DNA of 33,379 nt from Octopus bimaculoides. Taxonomy: Eukaryota. A program made the position numbers and the translations under genes. The DNA is taken from positions 158,309,297-158,342,675 of the forward strand of contig NC_068982.1 in assembly GCF_001194135.2 (NCBI RefSeq), given 5' to 3'. Below are positions 13,468 to 22,570 of this stretch, in pieces. The notes beneath the pieces were generated by a model. The model saw only the letters and a program-made list of their open reading frames with translations, ran no database searches and was not told the origin of the DNA. Each line of letters opens with the position of its first letter. The first letter of the stretch is position 1.

Positions 13468-14771
13468 TTTTTCTGTGAATTATGGCTGCCATTGGTTTTA
13501 TGTTAAGAGAATTAGGAAAAAACCCTAGTGTCTTAACAATTCCTCCAGCCGATCTCATGGAGAAAAGTGTGCGCCGCCATTTTGGGAAGCACCTTTTAGA
13601 ATTTGTGAAGGTTCTCGTGAATTTACGTAAATAAACAATGAATGAAAGGACGTTATTCTTAGGTGGCAATTTTTGAATGTTTGCCCCCTTGGATTTGTTG
13701 TGGTGTCAATTTGTTTCCATTATTTTGTTTTCGTTTTGTATGTGGTGGCCTTATACTTCTGTGCTGAGGTAGTTCATCATTGGGTACATTTCTTGTGTTT
13801 GTGGAGCTTGTGTGCTATGTGTATTCATATTTCATGTTCAGGAAATAGGCTATCTTGCTGGGATTACCGTGACAGATGATGGCTCTTCTATGAAATATTT
13901 GAGTGTAAAATATTGTTAGTATATGCAGGGGAGAAGTTTCCTTCCCTTATATTTTGGATGTTATTAGATTTTGTGTATCACACTGCCCTGTAGACAACAA
14001 GTGTCTCGAGAAAGAACCCGTTTACATGGCCAAGATTGCTGAGCCCAATGGAGTAGCAAAGACATGTATCAGAATGACGGGCAACTCGGTCAAGGAAAGA
14101 ATGCTCAACATCTGGTGTCATTCACAGACAAACATGAAGAAGAACATGCAACATCCCTGTCAGAAATGATAACGAGCATTGAAAGAAGATGGAATATTCC
14201 ATCTCCCGATAGAATGAAAAATTATTGCTAAAGCCAAAAAATACAGGGTACAGGGTATCAAATGTGAACTCTGCATTCCTGAAAAATTAAGCATCATACA
14301 ATGAACTGATAACATTCTAAACTTTAGGGATGAAACCTTCTTCCCATGCATACACAAGTAATATTTTACTCTCAAATACTTCAAAGAAGAGCCACCATCT
14401 GCGACGGGAATCCCACCAGGAAAGTCCTTTTCTTAAACGTGAAATATGACACACTCAACACACAGAATAAATATTCCCCAGTGACTAACTATCTCACGAA
14501 ATCCAGAACAAAAACAAAATTATGCAAACAAACTGACCTCACAACAATTTACCCAAAAGACAAATCCGAGAGAGACAAACATTCAAAAATACATTGATTC
14601 ATTGTTTTATTCACGCGAATTCACGAGAATCTTTGTGAACTAAAATAGACTATGTTTTCCAAAATGGAGACGAAGACCTTTATCCATGTGGTCGGACTGA
14701 AAAATTAAGACACTAAGATATTTGGAACTTTTCTTAACATAAAATCAATGGTAGACATACTTCCCAAATAA
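13468..14771 (+). mobile_element. Penelope-like element remnant 1: inverted pseudo-LTR arm, GIY-YIG endonuclease and 3' region
   Basis: GIY-YIG remnant on plus at 13960-14361; the reverse complement of 13468-13959 aligns with 14312-14771 (about 75-80% identity by eye over the first 110 nt). An inverted upstream arm is a typical 5'-truncated PLE architecture. Confidence 0.85.
13960..14361 (+). pseudogene. Degenerate PLE GIY-YIG endonuclease
   Basis: HCPVDNKCLEKEPVYMAKI..VAKTCIRMTGNSVKER / AQHLVSFTDKHEEEHATSLS...KIIAKAKKY...KCELCIPEKLSII..ILNFRDETFFPCIHK*. YIG is mutated to CIR; there is a frameshift and an internal stop. Confidence 0.85.
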
Positions 14772-14772
14772 G

Positions 14773-14902
14773 GGCGCAGGAGTGGCTGTGTGCTACGTAG
14801 CTTGCTTACAAACCACAGGGTTTCGGGTTCAGTCCCACTGCGTGGTACCTCGGGCAAGTGTCTTAGGCTCAGCCGATCAAGGCCCTGTGAGTGGATTTGG
14901 TA
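14773..14902 (+). mobile_element. tRNA-derived SINE, 5' part (octopus-type), running into (TA)n and a gap
   Basis: ggcgcaggagtggctgtgtg (A-box-like) ... gggttcagtccc (B-box-like) ... ggcaagtgtctt ... gtgagtggatttggta. Homologous to the minus-strand copy at 30005-30154 plus 32274-32310 in this window. Confidence 0.85.
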
Positions 14903-15934
14903 TATATATANNNNNNNNNNNNNNNNNNNNNNNNNNNNNNNNNNNNNNNNNNNNNNNNNNNNNNNNNNNNNNNNNNNNNNNNNNNNNNNNNNNNNNNNNN
15001 NNNNNNNNNNNNNNNNNNNNNNNNNNNNNNNNNNNNNNNNNNNNNNNNNNNNNNNNNNNNNNNNNNNNNNNNNNNNNNNNNNNNNNNNNNNNNNNNNNNN
15101 NNNNNNNNNNNNNNNNNNNNNNNNNNNNNNNNNNNNNNNNNNNNNNNNNNNNNNNNNNNNNNNNNNNNNNNNNNNNNNNNNNNNNNNNNNNNNNNNNNNN
15201 NNNNNNNNNNNNNNNNNNNNNNNNNNNNNNNNNNNNNNNNNNNNNNNNNNNNNNNNNNNNNNNNNNNNNNNNNNNNNNNNNNNNNNNNNNNNNNNNNNNN
15301 NNNNNNNNNNNNNNNNNNNNNNNNNNNNNNNNNNNNNNNNNNNNNNNNNNNNNNNNNNNNNNNNNNNNNNNNNNNNNNNNNNNNNNNNNNNNNNNNNNNN
15401 NNNNNNNNNNNNNNNNNNNNNNNNNNNNNNNNNNNNNNNNNNNNNNNNNNNNNNNNNNNNNNNNNNNNNNNNNNNNNNNNNNNNNNNNNNNNNNNNNNNN
15501 NNNNNNNNNNNNNNNNNNNNNNNNNNNNNNNNNNNNNNNNNNNNNNNNNNNNNNNNNNNNNNNNNNNNNNNNNNNNNNNNNNNNNNNNNNNNNNNNNNNN
15601 NNNNNNNNNNNNNNNNNNNNNNNNNNNNNNNNNNNNNNNNNNNNNNNNNNNNNNNNNNNNNNNNNNNNNNNNNNNNNNNNNNNNNNNNNNNNNNNNNNNN
15701 NNNNNNNNNNNNNNNNNNNNNNNNNNNNNNNNNNNNNNNNNNNNNNNNNNNNNNNNNNNNNNNNNNNNNNNNNNTATATATATATATATTTACTTGGAGA
15801 ATGGAGCAACAAATACAAGAAAAAGCATTTTCGTTGGACTAGATAACCGTTGTTTTATTATGTGGAACTTGTGAAATGAGTCAGTGTGGAGGTTTAGGTT
15901 ATGTAATGAGTCATTTTATATATTATGTCTTAGT

Positions 15935-15986
15935 CACTTACGTACGTTTCGATGCAGCCAGTAGTTTGGCCGATCTCTTCAGAGTG
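15935..15986 (-). ncRNA. Type I minimal hammerhead ribozyme in an inverted PLE pseudo-LTR
   Basis: Minus strand reads CACT CTGAAGA GATCGGCCA AACTAC TGGCTGCATC GAAAC GTAC GTA AGTG. Core CUGAAGA/GAAA is intact; stem I CACT/AGTG; stem II has 9 pairs with one bulge; stem III is the palindrome ACGTACGT; GUA cleavage triplet. Confidence 0.85.
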
Positions 15987-16477
15987 TTGAAGGATATATT
16001 CGAAAAAACGATAGCGCCACACAACAACACACATACATAGACACCCCTCATAACCTATGTGGCTGTAGAGATAGGAACAAATGCAATTTCTCCAATAGGT
16101 TCAAGACAGATAATATAGTTTACCAATGTCATGTACAAACAAATAGCCACACTAAATCTTATATTGGGGGAACGACTAACCAAATACCTTTAAGATATAA
16201 TGAGCACCTTGCGAGTTTTAAAAACAGAAATAAGGCAAATTCTACAGGGCTTAGTAGGTATATCTGGGAACTAAACGACAATAAGATAGAATATAAACTA
16301 AAGTGGCGCATACTAAAAGTAGCTAATTCCTATAACCCAACTAACAGACGGTGCAATCTCTGTGTAACAGAATGGCTCGAAATCCTAACAGCTAAGAACG
16401 AATTATTAAACAGGCGATATGAATCTAGTCTAATCTGTCTTCACGCTACTAAATACTCATTCTCTAAGTATAATTAA
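15965..16477 (+). pseudogene. Uninterrupted stop-to-stop frame encoding a PLE GIY-YIG endonuclease (no start codon, 5'-truncated)
   Basis: LCGCRDRNKCNFSNRFKTDNIVYQCHVQTNSHTKSYIGGTTNQIPLRYNEHLASFKNRNKANSTGLSRYIWELNDNKIEYKLKWRILKVANSYNPTNRRCNLCVTEWLEILTAKNELLNRRYESSLICLHATKYSFSKYN*. Absent from the supplied ORF track because it has no start codon. Confidence 0.9.
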
Positions 16478-17323
16478 ATATATAATACATTACACCTCCT
16501 AAGCAAAACTAAATATGTATAAAATAGCTTTACTTCTNNNNNNNNNNNNNNNNNNNNNNNNNNNNNNNNNNNNNNNNNNNNNNNNNNNNNNNNNNNNNNN
16601 NNNNNNNNNNNNNNNNNNNNNNNNNNNNNNNNNNNNNNNNNNNNNNNNNNNNNNNNNNNNNNNNNNNNNNNNNNNNNNNNNNNNNNNNNNNNNNNNNNNN
16701 NNNNNNNNNNNNNNNNNNNNNNNNNNNNNNNNNNNNNNNNNNNNNNNNNNNNNNNNNNNNNNNNNNNNNNNNNNNNNNNNNNNNNNNNNNNNNNNNNNNN
16801 NNNNNNNNNNNNNNNNNNNNNNNNNNNNNNNNNNNNNNNNNNNNNNNNNNNNNNNNNNNNNNNNNNNNNNNNNNNNNNNNNNNNNNNNNNNNNNNNNNNN
16901 NNNNNNNNNNNNNNNNNNNNNNNNNNNNNNNNNNNNNNNNNNNNNNNNNNNNNNNNNNNNNNNNNNNNNNNNNNNNNNNNNNNNNNNNNNNNNNNNNNNN
17001 NNNNNNNNNNNNNNNNNNNNNNNNNNNNNNNNNNNNNNNNNNNNNNNNNNNNNNNNNNNNNNNNNNNNNNNNNNNNNNNNNNNNNNNNNNNNNNNNNNNN
17101 NNNNNNNNNNNNNNNNNNNNNNNNNNNNNNNNNNNNNNNNNNNNNNNNNNNNNNNNNNNNNNNNNNNNNNNNNNNNNNNNNNNNNNNNNNNNNNNNNNNN
17201 NNNNNNNNNNNNNNNNNNNNNNNNNNNNNNNNNNNNNNNNNNNNNNNNNNNNNNNNNNNNNNNNNNNNNNNNNNNNNNNNNNNNNNNNNNNNNNNNNNNN
17301 NNNNNNNNNNNNNNNNNNNNNNN

Positions 17324-17371
<48 letters not shown>

Positions 17372-19006
17372 AATTCGTAAATTCTTATTTGATACATATA
17401 TACCGAAACTTAGTATCATAATAAAGCTAAATCCAGTTCATATCGAGTGATTAACAAAATAAGGATTAAACTAAATTTATCCAAATAGATATTTCATATT
17501 ACTATGCTTCTATAAACCCCAAAACTACATAATAAGGCACTGATGTTTGCAAAGAAAAATTCAGAAATAACTAACGATGAGATAGATGTAATTTTAGCGG
17601 CTAGAAAATCTATCATTAAATTTGGGTATGCATATTGGACTAGAAAGGATAGATCGTATATGTTTGACTGAACTATGGGTTCTACGGATTCGACACGAGT
17701 TTCTGATTTAGTAGGAATTAATGTATTGTTTTCTCTGAATAAGGAATTCCCTGAAATAGCAGGAGATTCATATAGGGATCATATGTTTTTTTCAATTGTA
17801 AGCACATCTAGCAGAATGTTAGAAAAATAAAGTTTTTAGAATCCTTAAAAATATAGGTCTATCTATAACAATAGAAAATGAGCATGACTCTCTTAATTTC
17901 TTAGATGCTACGTTGAAGATTAAAAAAATAATTTATAATACCTTTCAGAAACCGAATGTAAATATAAAGGTATAAATATCGGAAGTCAGTAACGCACACA
18001 CTAATAAAGAACATTTCGTGTATAATAACTAAATTATCATCCAACGAGAATATTTTCGAACTTAATGAAGACTACTTAGCACTTAGGGAAGCGGGATATA
18101 AGGATAAAATAAAGTTTAATAAGTCAACTAACGAATCTGATTTAAAGAGTAATTTTAATCATGCAGATCTGAAATCTAATACGATAAGCAAGTCAACTTA
18201 TAAGAAAGGTAGTAATGGGGATTTAAAATCAAATATAGAATTTGGTAAAGCAACAAGTGTAGGTGATTTTAATAGGGAAAATAAGCAATTATAATTCAAA
18301 CAAAAGTAAAAATCGAAAGATTGTTGATAACCGGGTTAAGAATTTTTATACTGCTAATAGAAATGAGGATGTAATATTCTCTAATAAAATCTCAAATTCT
18401 TTGAATATGAAATCAACTAAAAGATTTAAAGAAAAGAAAATAAGCGCTAACTTTAATATGAATAGAAATCAGAGAATACTTACTCTTTCGAACACCAAAA
18501 TTATGAGCTTGACTCGAAGAATGCTTTATGGTTAATGATTCCATTAAGTAAACAGGTAAACTACAATTTTTCCAATTTGTTTAATATAGGAATTCAAAAA
18601 TATTTTCCAAGCAATCACAAACATTATAAAAATTTTAATAGACGTAAGATTATATTGGCTTTTGGTTTTAGCAAAAATATTGCACAAATTATAGCAACAC
18701 ATAATGTGAAAAATAATATCGAAATTTAAAAAAAAGCGATTATAGTCTGAATAGCGTAGTAAATATTAAACATAATAAAGTCAAACAGAAAAAAAAAGAA
18801 ATCAAATAGAAGGAACACTAGGAATTTAAATGTCGTGGGAAGAGAAACAACCCAATTTAACATAGTTAATAACGTCAAATTCAGCTAGAATTAGAAGAAA
18901 GTTAACATTATCTGAAGGAGTAAAAAGTAATAAAGGACTAGGAGGATATAGATTTAATTCTAAAATGAATGATAAAATTAAATCTAAATCTAAGAGAAAT
19001 ATAAAA

Positions 19007-19398
19007 GATCATTTTTGCCATTGTTCTAAACGGAAACCTTGTTATGTGGAAAATAAGAGTACGGATACATATGCAATATATCTATGTAAATTTACATCTG
19101 AGGGTACGGAATTCTTTTACATCGGTGGGACATAAGTATTTTCAAGGGGAGACTGGGAAATCATTTGAGTTCATTTAAAGACAAAATTAAAAGGTTTCAA
19201 ACGAGTCTTAGCAAATTAATCTGGTCTTTTAAGGACAGTAACAAAGATTGTACTATTAAATGGGAATTAATTGATACTGCAAAACCATACAGACAAAGAA
19301 ACGTTTAGGAGATTTTCACATCCAAGTGTAATGTAATAAACACTAGACAAGTACAAGCATTGCGATGCTTGCATATGAGAAAATTTACATTTGCCTAG
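19007..19398 (+). pseudogene. Degenerate GIY-YIG endonuclease of PLE 3
   Basis: AIY at about 19075 and FYIGGT at 19115-19132; stop and frameshift after the YIG motif; internal deletion of the CxxC region. Confidence 0.85.
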
Positions 19399-19577
19399 TA
19401 TAAATGAATATTTATCATTTAAGCAATAGGTTTGAAATAATGGACTAAAAATAATTATCCAATAAAAAGTTGAGATGGGGATTGTTCGGGTCTAACTTAA
19501 TGGACAGCTCTACATTATACAACGCAGAATAGATTTTAAAAAATATTTAAACGGCTAAATCGAAGGATACCAAATAA

Positions 19578-19658
19578 AGACCCTGAAGAAACTGCACCGG
19601 TTTTTTTAGTAGGGTCTCAATTGCAACGGATCATTGCAATTGAAACATGTGTTGGTCT
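19578..19658 (+). ncRNA. Hammerhead-like motif in the 3' end of PLE 3, with an enlarged stem II loop
   Basis: AGACC CTGAAGA AACTGCA ...38 nt... TGCAATT GAAAC ATGT GTT GGTCT. Stem I AGACC/GGTCT; stem II has 7 pairs with one mismatch; GUU triplet. Confidence 0.6.
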
Positions 19659-20537
19659 ATGTAACGTGGTTTATTAGTTAAAGAATTTAAAGCAAAGCTA
19701 TGAATCTTCGTAGTAATCCTTACTATTAATATCGTTAATATATATGTATGAACTCTGTATTAATTATTCATCCCCTAACTTTTTATTTACTTTTCGTTTC
19801 ATCCCGATATAAGAAAAAAAGCAATGTCTGGGTGATGCACAAATCAAAAGTGGGCCTTTGATGCAAATCTGATGAAGTGCCACTCTAATGTATTAAGCCG
19901 CAAACATTACCATTTCTCTCGCTAGTCTCTTAGAATATCACTGGAATTTTGTTTCCATTCTCCAGCAAAGGGACGAATTTTAATTACTTAAATTTTTTTT
20001 GTTCGCATACGTCATTCTAGAGTAAGGCTTGTTCCTATTAACGCATACCTTTAAAGAATGATATAGCAGAGAGAGTTTCTGAGGTGATAGGACGAAAAAT
20101 TTCACTTGGTGAAGAAAATAGTTAAGCTATTGTACACAAAATTAGCAGCCGAGGAGGAGATACAAAACTTTAGCATGGACATAAAAACAATATACTTAAA
20201 TAATCACATTTCTAAATATACGTACCCTTGTAGATAAATGCATTAAGACAAATGTGGACGAACTAAAATTTGCATTCTGTCATGGAAGGAATAAATCAGG
20301 CGTAATTGGTATATATAATGGAGAAAAGGATGAAGAAAAGAAACAAATTTCATAACTCTTTTTGTGAAGGAGAAAGAGAAAAAACTTAGATATCAAATGG
20401 AGAAATAAGAGTCAATATGCGCATCGATACCAACATTCGGGTAAATTTGAAGGCAAGTGGTACGTATTTCCAATGATTTTGATTGCTGTATAATAACTAT
20501 TTATTTTGTTGATCAATAGATCATGACAGCATAAATA

Positions 20538-20786
20538 GACGACGACGAAGACGACAGCGACGACGATTTGATAGATGAGAATAATGATGAGGATGATAAT
20601 TATGATGATGATTGTTGCGATGATGATAATTAGGAGATGAAGAAGAAGATGGAAACGGAGGAGGCATAGAGGAAGTAAGAGGAACTGGGGAGGGTTAATG
20701 TTACTCTAAGGTGCAACGGTGGGAGCAAGAGCGGTGGTGAAGATGACAGTGAAGAATAATGTTTTAACGATGATGAGTGTGGTTCT

Positions 20787-20835
<49 letters not shown>

Positions 20836-20962
20836 CAGCAGCAGCAGCTGTGGTTGAAATGTATACAGAGTTCATGATGACGATAATGATGATGATGATG
20901 ATGATGATGATTACGATAATGATGATGATTACGATGATGATTACGATAATGATGATGATGAG
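20538..20962. repeat. Mixed trinucleotide arrays (GAC/GAT, GTA, GCA, GAT)
   Basis: Directly visible. Confidence 0.9.
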
Positions 20963-21081
20963 GAGGATGGGGATTGTAATAATGAAGCTGTTGTCAATAA
21001 TCCAGATAAATAGTTTCGTCAATATTTGGCAAGCTGGAATATAGAATAACTAATGAAATTATAATAACCGATGTTGATATT

Positions 21082-21150
21082 ATTTTAATCGACCTGAGAG
21101 GTGATAAAATGATAACTTAACACTAGTTTGACCTTAGAACCGAGGTCTTA
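21082..21150 (-). mobile_element. Highly degenerate SINE fragment
   Basis: ttttaatcgacctgagaggtgataaaatg...tttgaccttagaac resembles the same recalled SINE segment as 1489-1565. Confidence 0.35.
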
Positions 21151-21723
21151 TCACTTTCAAACCAGTGACGACTAGACTATTCATTATTGATTTCTCAAGT
21201 TCATTTCGACACTTTCACATTTAGCTCATATTTTCGTTTTCTCCACATATATATTTTTCATTGTGCAGCTGTAATTGTCTCATTCATACTCTGATAATAG
21301 CCATAGGTGTTTGAATAAAACCAGATGCTGAAACTTCCCTAACAAAGCGTTCTTTTAAATTACAACAAATCATTCACTCCACTATCAAATATTCATTATT
21401 TTTCTCAAGTTTTTGTAGATGGCTCCTGCGCAATATACCAAACACTCCAAAAAGTAATGTTAGTTGGTAAAATAGAATCAAAAGAACGCTTAAGTCAAAC
21501 AATATTCAGTCATGTGTGTCAAATTTAAACGAATGAACTGTAAGCATGGAATTGTTATCAAGTGTCTGTACATTAGTGTAATGAAAACAGTTGTAAGAAT
21601 TTATGAATAGTACATGAATATCTCAGCACTAACTATTCACGTACATTGTCTATTGCTAAAAGCTATGCAACGAATATGCTAGAAAACACATGCTAACACA
21701 TACATATATATGTTAAGTACATT

Positions 21724-21890
21724 CATGGCTGTGCGGTTCAGAAGTTCATATCTTACGACATAGATTTGAGTCTTTACTAGTCAGCGATATATTATGTTGA
21801 ATGTCTTCTGATATTGCTCCAGAGAATCTCATGTTCTGTGAAAGGATTTCGGAGAAGAAAACACTGCAGTGACTGACCTATATGTATATA
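21724..21890 (+). mobile_element. Old, degenerate copy of the tRNA-derived SINE 5' part
   Basis: catggctgtgcggt...aatgtcttctgatattgctcc...tgtgaaaggatttcggagaagaaaac...tatatgtata is colinear with the SINE copies at 14773-14902 and 30005-30154. Confidence 0.5.
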
Positions 21891-22114
21891 TTAGAAAAAC
21901 AGGTAACAAAGGACTAAACGATTAACTTATGAACTTCGTTAGTATATAACTGCTTCCGCCATAAGATGCAGTGGACACATAGTTGAATGCATAACACTTT
22001 ATAGCTACATTTGAGCCTCACTGCTTTCTACTCGACTAACAATTCGTTCAGAAGCACACACATATTGAGTTCTACACTAGGCTATTAGCGTTGCAATGCC
22101 TAAGCGAAATATGT

Positions 22115-22137
22115 AGGTATGTATGTTTGTATGTGTG

Positions 22138-22192
<55 letters not shown>

Positions 22193-22313
22193 ATATAAAT
22201 ATATGTATATATTTGTATGTATGTATGCACATGTGTATACATGTGTGTATAAATATACATATATACATATATATACATATATGTATATATGTATATATAT
22301 GTGTATATATACG

Positions 22314-22366
<53 letters not shown>

Positions 22367-22570
22367 NNNNNNNNNNNNNNNNNNNNNNNNNNNNNNNNNN
22401 NNNNNNNNNNNNNNNNNNNNNNNNNNNNNNNNNNNNNNNNNNNNNNNNNNNNNNNNNNNNNNNNNNNNNNNNNNNNNNNNNNNNNNNNNNNNNNNNGTGT
22501 GTGTGCGTGTGTGTGTGTGTGCGTGTGTGTGTGTGTGCGTGTGTGTGTGCGTGTATGTATACATACATAC
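22115..22570. repeat. Large compound (TA)/(TG) microsatellite spanning a gap
   Basis: Directly visible. Confidence 0.95.

Larger units (their letters stand above)
15790..16537 (+). mobile_element. Penelope-like element remnant 2: inverted HHR-bearing arm followed by GIY-YIG domain, running into a gap
   Basis: HHR on minus at 15935-15986 lies immediately upstream of a plus-strand GIY-YIG frame ending at 16477. The 3' end is hidden by the gap at 16538-17323. Confidence 0.8.
17370..19700 (+). mobile_element. Penelope-like element 3: degenerate RT, linker, GIY-YIG and HHR-bearing 3' end (5'-truncated)
   Basis: RT: YASINPK..NKALMFAKKNSEITNDEIDVILAARKSII...WTRKD..MFD*TMGSTDSTRVSDLVGI...GDSYRDH (YRDD-type) ...IGLSITIE..LNFLDATL..YNTFQKPN. 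Linker: ALWLMIPLSKQVNYNF...IQKYFPSNHKHYKNFNRRKII..FSKNIAQIIATHN. EN: FCHCSKRKPC...AIYLC..FFYIGGT..FKGRLGNHLSSF..TSLSKLIW..IKWELIDTAKPY...RCLHMRKF. Multiple stops and frameshifts. Confidence 0.9.

Noticed and set aside
14660-14745. Possible hammerhead in the PLE 1 arms
   Set aside because: No intact CUGANGA/GAAA pair in either arm, and the candidate stems are not shared between the arms.
14773-14850. tRNA gene
   Set aside because: A- and B-box-like motifs are present but there is no cloverleaf, and it continues into a SINE body repeated elsewhere in the window.
17668-17672. In-frame TGA in the PLE RT (and in the R4 RT near 5715) as possible selenocysteine codons
   Set aside because: Both elements also carry TAA/TAG stops and frameshifts, the positions are not Cys-equivalent, and no SECIS is seen; ordinary decay explains them.
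19888-19926. CTGATGA followed by GCAAAC
   Set aside because: No GAAA core and no stem II or stem III pairing.
21400-21460. Possible 35-nt micro-exon (ttttgtag ATGGCTCC...AAAAA gtaatg)
   Set aside because: Weak donor and no supporting neighbouring exons; such signals arise by chance in AT-rich DNA.
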